Shown here piece by piece: positions 1 through 11,574 of a stretch of 38,597 nucleotides of DNA. The notes under the pieces are model-generated. The model searched no databases. It worked only from the letters and a program-made list of their open reading frames with translations, and was not told the DNA's origin. The position numbers and the translations under genes are program-made. Each line of letters starts with the position of its first letter. Positions within the stretch are counted from its first letter, which is position 1. Source of the stretch: Octopus bimaculoides (taxonomy: Eukaryota); the NCBI RefSeq assembly GCF_001194135.2, contig NC_068983.1, forward strand, positions 166,539,300-166,577,896. The letters are read 5' to 3'.

Positions 1-343
1 TCTGGGTTCAGTCCCACTGCGTGGCACCTGTGGCAAGTGTCTTCTACTTTAGCTTCTGACCAACCAAAGCTTTGTGAGTGGATTTGGTAGATAGAAACTG
101 AAAGAAGCTCGTTGAGTGTGTGTGTGTGTGTGTGTTTGTCCCCCCCCCACCCCCACCCCACCATAGCTTTACAATCAATGTTGGTGTGTTTACATCCCTG
201 TAACTTAGTGGTTTGGCAAAAAAGGCTGATAGAATAAGTACTAGGCTTACAAAGAATAAGTCCTGGGGTCAATTTGTTTGACTAAAGGTGGTGCTCCAGC
301 ATGGCTGCAGTCAAATGGCTGAAACAAATAAAAGAATAAAAGA

Positions 344-345
<2 letters not shown>
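1..345 (+). mobile_element. tRNA-derived SINE family A (head truncated by window start), with internal (TG)n tract
   Basis: B-box GGTTCAGTCCC at 5-15. Colinear with the full copy at 35955-36390 through the shared tail ...ccagcatggctgcagtcaaatggctgaaacaaataaaagaata. Confidence 0.85.
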
Positions 346-386
<41 letters not shown>

Positions 387-600
387 TAGATAGATAGATA
401 GATAGATAGATATATACACACATATATACATATATACCTTTCTCTCTCTCTCTCTCTACACACACACACATACATGCATGCATGCATACATACATACATA
501 CATACATACATACATACATACATACATGCATACATACATGCATGCATACATACATACATACATACATGCATACATACATACACACATGCATACATCGACG
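346..600. repeat. Compound microsatellite (TA)n/(GA)n/(GATA)n/(TC)n/(TACA)n
   Basis: Read directly from the sequence. Confidence 0.95.
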
Positions 601-796
601 AGTATGTGTGAGACTGAGAGCAAAATCTTTAAGAACACCTAACCAGTCAATTCTGATTGATTGCATCACTAATTTTCACCCAAATATTAATTAACCCAAT
701 TATCCATAATTAACCAGATTAGCAAAGCTTCTCAAATATATTTCCTATGTTCACAAAATACAGTATTCAGTTACTTCATATAGAATTACTTTCAGC

Positions 797-1265
797 CAAA
801 TACCTATGCAAATAGTTATGGTGCCGATGGTCTACCATACCTTGTTCAAATAACCAAGTTGCTAATTATGGTGACACTGGTTCACCATACTGTGTCCAAA
901 TTATCAAATTGCTAATTATGGTCCCTCTGATCTACCATACTGTGTTCAAATTATTAAGTTGTTAGTTATCGCATCGCTGGTCTACCTTACTATTTCCAAA
1001 TTATCAAAATAGCTAATTATGGCGTCTGTCTTGTATTCACTCCCACGAAAAAAAAAAAAACACTAAACGCAGAGGAGGATGAATATCCTGGATCAATGCT
1101 GTTATTGCCTTTGACAACCAATCATGAACAAACAAGTACACAAGGTCCACCATCCTGGGTCCAGATTATCAAGCAGTTAGTTATGGTGTTACTGATCCAC
1201 CATACTATGTTCAAGTTCTGAAGCAGGTAGTTACTGTTCCAATGGTCTTCCATACTACTATATCC
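797..1265. repeat. Degenerate 50-bp minisatellite: about 4.5 units plus about 2.5 units, interrupted by about 115 bp
   Basis: The tta(t/c)(g/c/t)g anchor recurs at 816, 866, 916, 966, 1017, 1181 and 1231. caaa recurs at 797, 847, 897, 947 and 997. Confidence 0.85.
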
Positions 1266-1474
1266 CTGATCAAGACAATTTATTCTCCGATGGCTGAGTT
1301 CACTTCACTGTAAATAACTACTATTAATAGTTAGAGCTTTACTTCTGCAACCACCAACGACACTCTGTAATTAACGTCGTTTTTGTTTTGTTTTTTGCCT
1401 TTGCTGCTTTTTGTGTATTTATTTGACTTGCAGTGAAAGGATGTCGGGGTTGTTATCTGCAAGTTTAAACCCCA

Positions 1475-1810
1475 ATGTGTGTGTGTGTGTCTGTATGTGT
1501 GTGTATGTGTGTGTGTGTGTGTGTTTGTGTCTGTATGTGTGTATGTGTGTGTGTGTGTCTGTATGTGTGTGTGTGTCTGTGTGTGTGTCTGTATGTGAGT
1601 GTATGTGTGTGTGTGTGTGTGTCTGTATGTGTGTGTATGTGTGTATGTGTGTGTGTGTGTGTGGATGTGTGTGTATATGTATGTGTGTGGATGTGTACAT
1701 TTACATGTGAGTATATGTACGTATGCGTGTGTGTGCGCGCACGCGCGTATCTATGCCTGTATATGTGTATATATGTGAATTTGTGTATGTATGTATGCTT
1801 GAATGTATGT
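1475..1810. repeat. (TG)n-rich compound microsatellite
   Basis: Read directly from the sequence. Confidence 0.95.
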
Positions 1811-2205
1811 GTAAATGACATGCCTTGTATAATGTTGAAACTTGCTTACATCTATCATGGAATGTGAAGAGTAGAAGGCACACACACACACACACACACG
1901 TATATACATACATACANNNNNNNNNNNNNNNNNNNNNNNNNNNNNNNNNNNNNNNNNNNNNNNNNNNNNNNNNNNNNNNNNNNNNNNNNNNNNNNNNNNN
2001 NNNNNNNNNNNNNNNNNNNNNNNNNNNNNNNNNNNNNNNNNNNNNNNNNNNNNNNNNNNNNNNNNNNNNNNAGCATGTGGTTGGGAGGCAAACTTCTTGA
2101 ATACCCGGCCATACCTGCTCCATATATTTATATTAATTAATCACATGTATTAATACATTAATTAAACTCCTAATTTTGCATTCAACTTTGATAAATCAAT
2201 CTGTT

Positions 2206-2360
2206 GTGGTTGGCGTTAGGAAGGGCATCCAGCTGTAGAAACTCTGCCAAATCAGACTGGAGCCTGGTGTTGCCATCCGGTTTCACCAGTCCTCAGTCAA
2301 ATCGTCCAACCCATGCTAGCATGGAAAGCGGACGTTAAACGATGATGATGATGATGATGA
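2206..2360 (+). mobile_element. Young 5'-truncated RTE-type LINE 3' end with (GAT)n tail
   Basis: ggcgttaggaagggcatcc...ccatgctagcatggaaagcggacgttaaac(gat)n. Essentially identical to the copies at 14311, 34070 and 38391. Confidence 0.85.
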
Positions 2361-2427
2361 TATATGTACTGGGAGTGCACATCCCAGGAAAATATGTCTC
2401 TTATAGCTTCATATGGCGCCCCAGGAG

Positions 2428-2547
2428 AAGAAACCATTCCAAACCAGACTGGAACCTGGTACAACTCTCTAGCTTACCAATTCCAGTCAAACTGTCCAAC
2501 CCATGCCAGCATGGAAAATGGATGCTAAATAATGATGATGATGGTGA
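2428..2547 (+). mobile_element. Older diverged RTE-type 3' tail
   Basis: cagactggaacctgg...ccatgccagcatggaaaatggatgctaaat(gat)n. Confidence 0.75.
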
Positions 2548-2739
2548 TGTATGTCATTCTAATCCACTTTTCAGTTTCCATAGAAACAAGGCAAAACAAA
2601 ATATTATTGCAAACTCACCTTATTAGAAAGCAAGCAAATTTTCAACAAGATTGAGAGAAAATATTGAAATAAAAAAAAAGAAAAACCAACAGAATCTGGG
2701 TTTTTTTTAATGAAAATATCCAAAGATCTTTCCTCTTGT

Positions 2740-3094
2740 ATGTTTTACTTGTTTCAGTCATTAGACTACAGCCATATTTGGAGAAGTTTTAGTTGAATGA
2801 CTTCACCCCAGGACTTATTTCTTTTTTTTAAGACTGTTACATATTCTATCAGTCTCTTTTGCCAAACTGCTAAGTCATGGGGACATAAACATATCAACAC
2901 CAGTGGTCAAGCAGTGGGGAGCACTAACACACACGTGATGGGCTTCCTTCAGTTTCTTTCTACCAAATCCACCCACAAAGCTTTGGTCAGTTTGAGGTTA
3001 TAGTAGAAGACACTTGCCCAAGTTGTCATGCAGTGGGACTGAACCCAGAACCATGTGGTTGGAAAGCAAACTTCTTTACCACACAGCCACGCCT
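2740..3094 (-). mobile_element. SINE family A, full-length diverged copy
   Basis: The reverse complement has head (gtggctgtgtggtaaag, B-box gggttcagtccc), a short internal microsatellite and the tail. Confidence 0.85.
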
Positions 3095-3449
3095 AATCCT
3101 ACATCCTTTATTTTTTATCTTTTACTTGTTTCAGTCATGAGACTGTGGGCATGCAGGAGCACCACCTTGGACCAAAATGCTTAAGATAATTCTAAAAATT
3201 CTGTGGAAATAGGAAAGTGTATAATTTTTGTCAAAATAACTTTTAATAAATGAAAATTAAAGAAGAGAAAAAATTGCTAGTTTGGTTGTTTGTTAAATTT
3301 CAGTGGAAGAGAGAAATATTCTGATATTTTTCTGGAGGTTTTAGGATACAAAGATGTAGAAACATTCATTTGCTTTATTGTATTTTTTTACACAACAATT
3401 TGTTGGTCACAGATTTCATAAGGAGTCAATGGCTGCTCTTCTACATTTC

Positions 3450-3715
3450 TAATGTATGTATATGCGTGTGTATGTATGTACATGTGTATGTATGTATGTA
3501 TTTATGTACATATGTATGAGTGTGTATGTGTGTATGGATGTAGGTATGAATATGTATGTGTGCATGCATGTGTGTATGTATGTGTGTATGTCTGTGTGTA
3601 TATGCATGTATGTATGTATATATGTATATACGCCTGTGTCTATGCATGTGTGTGTTTGGTGTGTGTGTGTATGTGTGTGTGAGTGTCTATGTGTGTGTGT
3701 GTGTGTGTGTGTGTA
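3450..3715. repeat. (TATG)n/(TG)n compound microsatellite
   Basis: Read directly from the sequence. Confidence 0.95.
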
Positions 3716-4261
3716 CAATGGACTTCATTATTTCCATCAAACACATTCTCTACACAAAGCATTGTTCACTTTGAAACCATGACAAAAGACAATTACCCAA
3801 AGTGCTGCAGAACAGGTTTGAACCTGGAATCTCATGGTTACCAACAGAACTTCTTCATCCCACAGCATTGCCGCTGCCTTTGAGGCTAAACTAAGCTTAA
3901 TGGCTTTTGAACTAAGAGCAGCATGTTTGTAGGGATGCTACAGTAAAGGATCCAATAATCTCTCGTCATACCTGGCTTCGGTTTTCTTTTAATATGAAAG
4001 GATGTCCACCAGATGAAAAGGAAGCCCTTCCATCAAATTAACCCTGTCATACATTTAATGTTATACCATTGGCTCTTACTACTTCAACCAGCAGAAATAA
4101 ACACGAGGAATGACAATGTCTACAACATCGGCTTCAAGCATAAGAATATCTTCTGCGACATGATATGAAGATCATCAGAAACAATAACAAAAAAAAAACA
4201 AATATAATTACAACAATTCTACCAAGAAGCAATTCATCATCGTCGTCATCACCATCATCAC

Positions 4262-4480
4262 CACCACTACCACCATCATCATCATCATTGCTTCCTGTCC
4301 ATGTTCTATGCTGCCATGGGTTGGACAGTTTGACAGGATCCAATGGGTCCAAAAACTGTACCGTGCTGCTGTGTTAGCTTTGGCATGGTTCTATGGTTGG
4401 ATGCCATTCCTAACACCAACCACTTCACATCATGTTCTGGGTACTTTTTAAATGGCAGCAGTACTAATGAAATTGCTATG
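4262..4480 (-). mobile_element. Old diverged RTE-type 3' end
   Basis: (cat)n followed by ...catgggttggacagtttgac...ggttggatgccattcctaacaccaaccac, homologous to the young copies. Confidence 0.7.
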
Positions 4481-4744
4481 CAGCCTGCAAGACTAAAATC
4501 CCCTTCAAGTGAGTGAGGTTACAATAGAAAGAGAGGTGCTTTGGAAGAAGGGGTTAAAGTGAGAGAAGGATCCAAAATGGGAAAGGTTTTGCCATTCCTC
4601 ACACTGCAGTTAAATTCAATGTTGACAAACAACCACAACAAATGGGAAAGAAAAAAAGTCGAAAATATTCCTCACTGTTGTTTTAAGAATATATTAAATG
4701 AAATAAAGCATCACAAAAACAAGAACCAGTTCCCTTAGCATTAC

Positions 4745-4890
4745 CCACTTCTTGGTTCCAGATTCAAAAGAAAACTCAGTCCAGCTAAAGGTCTGAGGGT
4801 GAAGTGAATTCTTTCTTTCTCTTCCGGATCTTTGTGGTGATATCTCTCAGGGAGATCAAGTTTTGCAAAAGATGTTTGAAAACAACAGAA
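4745..4890 (-). other. Candidate exon of an unidentified minus-strand gene
   Basis: Long pyrimidine tract and ttattcttag acceptor. One frame stays open for 146 nt (FCCFQTSFAKLDLPERYHHKDPEEKERIHFTLRPLAGLSFLLNLEPRS) up to a TGG|gtaatg donor. No homology recognised. Confidence 0.25.
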
Positions 4891-5359
4891 CTAAGAATAA
4901 AAATTGTTTGCTAAAAATAATTAGATTGTTTTCATGAGATAAAGAAGGGAAAGAAAATGAATATGGCTAATTAAAGACAAAGAATATGAAAGGAAGAAAA
5001 ATATTGATGTATATTCTGAAAACCATAATGCCATACAACATCACTGACAACGGAATGAGAAATTATGTCTTTTAGAATATGAAGAAAACAAAAACAACAA
5101 AACATTCGCTCAACTTCCTCTCCAATAGAATACCATTCTGTTGGAAATGGTAGTTAGTATCACAGACACCAATTTATGGTTGAATAGACTATCAAGAGAA
5201 AGTCCTTTAAGTGAATTATGATCCAATAATAAACTAGATGCTTGTAAATGCAGTTTATTTACTGACATCACATTAACTATAGTTTTACTGAATGCTGTCT
5301 ACTGTTGAAAACAAAAGATGGGAAATAAAAAGGAACAAGAAATAAAGTAGATATGGTAT

Positions 5360-5390
5360 TGTAATAATAATAATAATAATGATAATAATG

Positions 5391-5433
<43 letters not shown>

Positions 5434-5645
5434 CTATGATGATGATGATTTCAAATTTGGGCGCAAGGCCAGCAATTTCAGGGAGAGGATGAGTCAATTA
5501 CATCAACCCCAGTATGCAACTGGTACTTATTTTATCGACCCTGAAAGGGTGAAAGGCAAAGTCGACTTTGGCAGAATTTGAACTCAGAATGTAAAGACGG
5601 ACGAAATGCTGCTGAGCATTTCATCTGGAGTGCTAACAGTTCTGA

Positions 5646-5711
<66 letters not shown>
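5360..5711. repeat. (TAA)n microsatellite split by a SINE insertion (5360-5430 and 5650-5711)
   Basis: Read directly from the sequence. Confidence 0.9.
5449..5649 (-). mobile_element. tRNA-derived SINE family B
   Basis: The minus strand has B-box GAGTTCAAATTC followed by gtcgactttgcctttca...gtcgataaaataagtaccag. A homologous copy lies at 16196-16397. Confidence 0.8.
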
Positions 5712-6506
5712 CATCATCATCATCATTTAATGTCCGCTTTCCATGCTGGCATGGGTTGGACGATTTGACTGAAGACTGGCGAGCCAGAAGGCTGCACCAG
5801 GCTCCAATCTGATCTGACAAGGTTTCTACAGCTGGATGCCCTTCCTAACGCCAACCACTCCAAGAGTGTAGTGGGTGCTTTTACGTGCCACTGGCACGAG
5901 GTCCAGTCACATGGTACTGGCAACGGCCATGCTCAAAAAGGTGTTTTTTACGTGCCCCCTACATGGGAGCCAGTCCAGCAGCACTGGCAACGACCTCACT
6001 TGAATGATTTTCTAATGTGCCACCAGCACAAGTGCTGGAAGGCGACGCTGGTAACGATTACACTCAAATGGTGCTATTTACGGGCCACTAGCACGGAAGC
6101 CAGACAGCTGCTCTGGCAATGAACATGCTCGACAGTGCTGTTAGTGCTCCCCTGGCGCAGGTGCCAGTCATCGAGTATGGTTCAATTACGATTTCAATTT
6201 CACTTGCCCCAACAGGTCTTTGCAAGCAGAGTTTAGTGTCCAAAGAAGGAGAGGTTGGCATGGGTGCCAGTCGTCGGATTCGGTTTGATTTCGATTTCAG
6301 ATTTCAAATTTCAAATTCCAAATTCACTTGCCTCAACAGGTCTTCGCAAGCAGAGTTTTTAGTGTCCAATGAAGTAAAGATACAAATAAGTGAGCTGGCT
6401 ACACTTCTGGCAGAGGTCACAGATTATGCTCTCTCTTGGCTTGACAGGTCTTCTCACGTACTGCATATTTCCAAAGGTCCCGGTCACTGGTCATTGCCTC
6501 CATGAG
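5712..6506 (-). mobile_element. RTE-type LINE 3' end: ORF2 C-terminus, about 700 bp 3' UTR and (GAT)n tail
   Basis: Minus-strand 6506-6417 translates LMEAMTSDRDLWKYAVREKTCQAK, an RTE-like C-terminal DRxxW motif. The UTR ends in the same tail as the short copies. Confidence 0.7.
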
Positions 6507-6514
6507 GCAATAAC

Positions 6515-7042
6515 CTGCAAACACAGGGTCTCCTTCTGCACATTATATGCTTTGATGTTTGGTTGCTAATTATCGTGGGAGACATTCAACATCCAAATAC
6601 CAATCTCAAAATCCTAGCTGTCCCCAACAGAGCAGTATTTTTGGGGCTTGCTCTGCTCTCATGTCAATTCCGATTTCTTTGACATATTTCTCGAACTTGG
6701 TTCCGAGTGCCCCCTACAACTATTGGAATGACAGACACTCTCCTCACAGTCCACATTCTTGCAATTTCGTCTTTTAGTAGTCTGTACTTTTTAATCTTTT
6801 CTAATTCTTTTTCACTTATTTGTGCATCCCCAGGTATTATAAATCTTGGTTTCCTTTTTTCCTTTATCTACCACAACAATATCTGGTCTCTGAGAATAGA
6901 CTAGGGAGTCACATTGGATTGTAAAATCTCACAGTGTCATATTCCTTGTTCTTGGTGACTCCTTCTGGCTCCTGTTCATACCATTTCTGTGACCATGCCT
7001 TTCACACAGTCTCCAGTGAACAAACTTAGCCACGTTATCATA
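6515..7042 (-). pseudogene. R4/Dong-clade non-LTR retrotransposon C-terminal restriction-like endonuclease fragment (frameshifted)
   Basis: Frameshift-corrected reading YDNVAKFVHWRLCERHG...KWYEQEPEGV...RPDIVVVDK...IPGDAQISEKELEKIKKYRLLKDEIARMW...VIPIVVGALG...LLGTARILRLV. Stop at 6586-6588. PD-(D/E)xK pattern. Confidence 0.8.
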
Positions 7043-7330
7043 CCACTGACCGGTTGTCACTAGACTGTCACCAAGGTGACTAAAGATCCCTCTCCACCCC
7101 GGTCTTTTAATTAGAGTGTTCTTTCTCCTAGACAGACTGCTAAACAAGGCTAACAAGTTCTGTCCACCCGCTTTTGGATGGCCATTGACTCATTTGAGTT
7201 TCTCTGCTCCTTGCCGGGTCTTGTTTTTCATCCCACAGGCTGTCCAAAGATCAATATTCCCCCTCCTCACCAAGCAAGCTTAGTGGCATTGCCAGTTTAG
7301 TTGTCCAGGGCCTGACCACATCACACTTAC
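7043..7330 (-). mobile_element. Probable LINE non-coding fragment resembling RTE-type 5' regions
   Basis: Minus-strand motif ttagccttgtttagcagtctgtctaggagaaagaacactct resembles RTE 5' UTR sequence as I recall it. Not verified. Confidence 0.4.
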
Positions 7331-8207
7331 ACTGCATCACATGGCAATGATGCCTTTTTGAAATGTTTTGAGTAAGTTATCGTTATATCACTTTTCTAAC
7401 ATTCACCACTTTCCTTCGTTATTCTCGTTAGTAACTTTGCTAACACAATCACTGTTACTACTATTTGTTGTTGTTGTTGTTGTTGACGTCAGTGGCAGCC
7501 ATAGCTCTCTTGTGATCTGTGTTGTTGCTGTTGTTGTTGCCATCTTCCTGGTTCAGGCTATTTTCCTTGCCATCAATGGACTGTTGCTGCTGCCACCACC
7601 ACTGCTGTTGTTCTTTCTGTACTTGCCACTGTTGCTCTTATCTTCCTCTCTGACTCCCTTCTGTCATCACCAAGAAGCTGTTGTTGATGTCATCATTGCT
7701 ATTTTGGGGGCTGTTGCCCAAAGAGGGAGATTTCGGTCTGTTACCTAAACTGCTGCTGCACTAAGCAGGGGGGCGAGGAGAAGGTGTTGAGTCTGGGGAG
7801 GGGATTGTCATGAAGGCAATGTGATCGGTCAGGTGTTTGTAATGCCTGGTGGTGGGTAGGGGATATGTGGGAGGGGGTTACAGGACGGGAGGGGGGGACA
7901 TATCACCTCCTTTATAACTATTAATTGTTTTTTTCGTAGACAGTGACTCTTTTCACAAGACAGATGCAAAAATAGGTGTAACATGGGTGCAGGCACCATT
8001 TTAATTTTCAAAGGTAAAAATAAGCAACAGGTAAATGGAGAAAATGAGAAACACTCTGTTGAGATGTGATTATAACAGATGGAGAATTTACAGAGGCAAA
8101 ACTTGCGGCTTGTAGATTATTATTACTTGGCACCATCAATATTACTATCCTGCTGCTGCTGCTGCTGTTGCTGCACCTCCTCCTCCTCCTCCTCCTCCTC
8201 CTCCTCC

Positions 8208-8224
<17 letters not shown>

Positions 8225-8247
<23 letters not shown>

Positions 8248-8425
8248 TTCCATGTTTGCATAGGTCAGATGGAATTTGTCAAGGCAGACTTTTGCTGCAC
8301 TCAGATGCTCTTCCTGTCACCGACCTTCACCTGTTTCCTTATAAGGTAATATTTTCCCCATGGACTGACGCGTTTTTCACAAACGATTGGAGACAGGCAT
8401 CAACTGTATAATGGTGGCACTTGTT
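8225..8425 (-). mobile_element. Second (GAT)n-tailed retro-element subfamily (family D)
   Basis: Shares aaggtaatattt(t)ccccatgg and the tail region with 11300-11520, 22840-23045 and 37985-38150. Confidence 0.65.
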
Positions 8426-8439
8426 TGCAAGCATCAAAC

Positions 8440-8575
8440 CAGAAACTTTGCCAGATTGGATTGGAACCTGGTGCAGCCTTCTGGCTTGCCAGTCCTCAGC
8501 CAAATTGTCCAACCCAGGCTAGCACGGAAAGTGGACGTTAAACGATGATGATGATGATGAGGAGGATGATGATAT
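8440..8575 (+). mobile_element. Diverged RTE-type 3' tail
   Basis: ...ccagtcctcagccaaattgtccaacc...ggacgttaaac(gat)n. Confidence 0.8.
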
Positions 8576-9078
8576 ATACACGCATGCACATATATATAAA
8601 TGAATACACATGCATATACATGCATGAAAGTATAAAACTATTAGCTCATAATACTTACCTATTATTTTAGAATTCCTTAAATACAGCAAAAAAGGGGATT
8701 ATATTTATAAAACAATAGACAAGAAAAGAAAGTGGACGAGGAAAAATAGTCGTGGTGGTAGTGGCGGCGGCNNNNNNNNNNNNNNNNNNNNNNNNNNNNN
8801 NNNNNNNNNNNNNNNNNNNNNNNNNNNNNNNNNNNNNNNNNNNNNNNNGGTGGTGATGGTGCTGGAAAGTGAAGGAGGAGATAAAGAAAAAGAATGAAGG
8901 AGGTTATGAGAAGAATGAGGATAATAATGGACATTGGTTCTCTGATCATCATTTCCGTATATTCTTTTGTTAGTTTATTTTATTTTTGATTTTATGAGGA
9001 GTGTTTCTGTTTCAATCCCTTGTAGTTTTGGACATGCGTAATGAGGGCAGGCTGCTTGCTTACACAGCCTGGAAAGAG

Positions 9079-9121
<43 letters not shown>

Positions 9122-9184
9122 CACAGAAGCAACAAATACCAAAAAGCTTAAACAATAACTTGACATACATACATACACACTGAT

Positions 9185-9217
<33 letters not shown>

Positions 9218-9284
9218 CTTCTATAAAAACATGCACACATATATACACATACATACAAACATGCAGACACACACACACATGTAT

Positions 9285-9475
9285 ATTCTTTTATTCTTTT
9301 TTCTTTTACTTATTTCAGTCATTTGACTGCAGCAATGCTGGAGCACCGCCTTTATTCGAATAAATCGACCCCAGAATTTATTCTTTGTTAGCCTAGTACT
9401 TATTCTATCGGTCTCTTTTGCTGAACTGCTAAGTAACGGGGACATAAACACACCAACATCGGTTGTCAAGCAATG
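9285..9475 (-). mobile_element. SINE family A tail half (internal microsatellite runs into the N gap)
   Basis: Reverse complement of the 36200-36390 segment. Confidence 0.85.
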
Positions 9476-10532
9476 GTGAGGGTAGATACACAGACACACA
9501 AACATATACATACATACATGTATATGTATATATATATATATATATATATNNNNNNNNNNNNNNNNNNNNNNNNNNNNNNNNNNNNNNNNNNNNNNNNNNN
9601 NNNNNNNNNNNNNNNNNNNNNNNNNNNNNNNNNNNNNNNNNNNNNNNNNNNNNNNNNNNNNNNNNNNNNNNNNNNNNNNNNNNNNNNNNNNNNNNNNNNN
9701 NNNNNNNNNNNNNNNNNNNNNNNNNNNNNNNNNNNNNNNNNNNNNNNNNNNNNNNNNNNNNNNNNNNNNNNNNNNNNNNNNNNNNNNNNNNNNNNNNNNN
9801 NNNNNNNNNNNNNNNNNNNNNNNNNNNNNNNNNNNNNNNNNNNNNNNNNNNNNNNNNNNNNNNNNNNNNNNNNNNNNNNNNNNNNNNNNNNNNNNNNNNN
9901 NNNNNNNNNNNNNNNNNNNNNNNNNNNNNNNNNNNNNNNNNNNNNNNNNNNNNNNNNNNNNNNNNNNNNNNNNNNNNNNNNNNNNNNNNNNNNNNNNNNN
10001 NNNNNNNNNNNNNNNNNNNNNNNNNNNNNNNNNNNNNNNNNNNNNNNNNNNNNNNNNNNNNNNNNNNNNNNNNNNNNNNNNNNNNNNNNNNNNNNNNNNN
10101 NNNNNNNNNNNNNNNNNNNNNNNNNNNNNNNNNNNNNNNNNNNNNNNNNNNNNNNNNNNNNNNNNNNNNNNNNNNNNNNNNNNNNNNNNNNNNNNNNNNN
10201 NNNNNNNNNNNNNNNNNNNNNNNNNNNNNNCACATGTCTATATATGTGTGTGTGTGTGTAAATGTGTGTATTTATGCTTATCTAACTATATATATATTCT
10301 CCAGTTAAGCCATCATTGGACTGCCCAACAATGGCTTAGCTTGTCAAAACTTCAAAGTCACAGTCAACAATATTCTTGTTAGAAAATAATAAATTTGTAC
10401 TCTGCAAAAGTATAGAATAAGCCATCAGGTTAATAAAGAACTGTTTATGTTGTAACTGAATATAAAAAAAAACATGTGTTTGTGTGTGTGTGTTTGTGTG
10501 TTTGTGTGTTTGTGTGTGTGTTTGTGTCTGTT

Positions 10533-10590
<58 letters not shown>

Positions 10591-11299
10591 AAGATACACA
10601 CACACACATAGACTAAAATCCGTGCTAATAAAATCTTGCAACCAAAAGTCAAGAAGATGTATCCTATAGTTAAATCTTTAAACCGTGTCGGGCAAACATG
10701 AAGTAAAACACAAAGACGGATGTATAAATATATATATATGTATATATACACACACATATATACATATATATATGTATATATACACACACATATATACATA
10801 TATAAACAGTTGTATGACTCATCAAGGAATATGGTAGAAACACGCTTTGGTCCTTTATCTGGAATAAACAAACAAATACATGATAATCAATAGAAAATGT
10901 TGCATTGGGCATTGCCATTGGCAACGCAATCAATAGAAAGACATCAAGGGACACACAAATGCTGCCAATAAAAACTCATCAATTGATTGACTACTTTTAT
11001 AAAATGACAACTTTTGTTTCAAGACAACCCTATTTGAATCACCTGGCAAACATACCAACACCACTAGGTATTCAAATATAAATAACAACAACAAAAAAGA
11101 AACACTAGAAGGTTCTCTACTCTGTCGCTTGAACTGCCAGAAATAGCAATTAGATTTCTGTAAAGTTACTTCTAAATGCCTTTAAAAAATATAGAAATGT
11201 TGAGAGGGATCTGTTGGTATTTTAGGCCAACAGACATGAAATCTAAATAAAAGATGGGATGAAATGTTTTTCACCATAAATGTATTGTGTATATTTGCA

Positions 11300-11520
11300 T
11301 CATCATCATCATCATCATCATCATCACCATCATTGTTTTAATGTCTCCTTTTCCGTACTTGCATGTGTCAGGAGGAATTTGTTGAGGGAGATTTTTCTAC
11401 AGCCAGATGTCCTGCCTGTTGCCAGCCTCCTCCTGTTTCCAAGCAAAGTAATATTTCCCCATGGCTGGTCTTATCTTTGTGGAAGTTTAGGAAACAAATG
11501 ACATTGGTTGTATGACAGTG
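11300..11520 (-). mobile_element. Family D (GAT)n-tailed retro-element
   Basis: Homologous to 8225-8425. Confidence 0.65.
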
Positions 11521-11574
11521 GCGCTTGCAGAGAGAAATAGTGAATGATATCAAGACAAAAGGACACATCATCAT

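Noticed and set aside
797-1265. CRISPR-like reading of the 50-bp hairpin array
   Set aside because: The whole unit is homologous between copies, the variable part is only 11 nt, the context is eukaryotic and there are no cas genes.
5650-7042. Idea that the (GAT)n-tailed repeat is the 3' UTR of the Dong element inserted in its (TAA)n target
   Set aside because: An RTE-type ORF2 end intervenes at 6417-6506, and the (TAA)n tract is on the opposite strand to the Dong reading.
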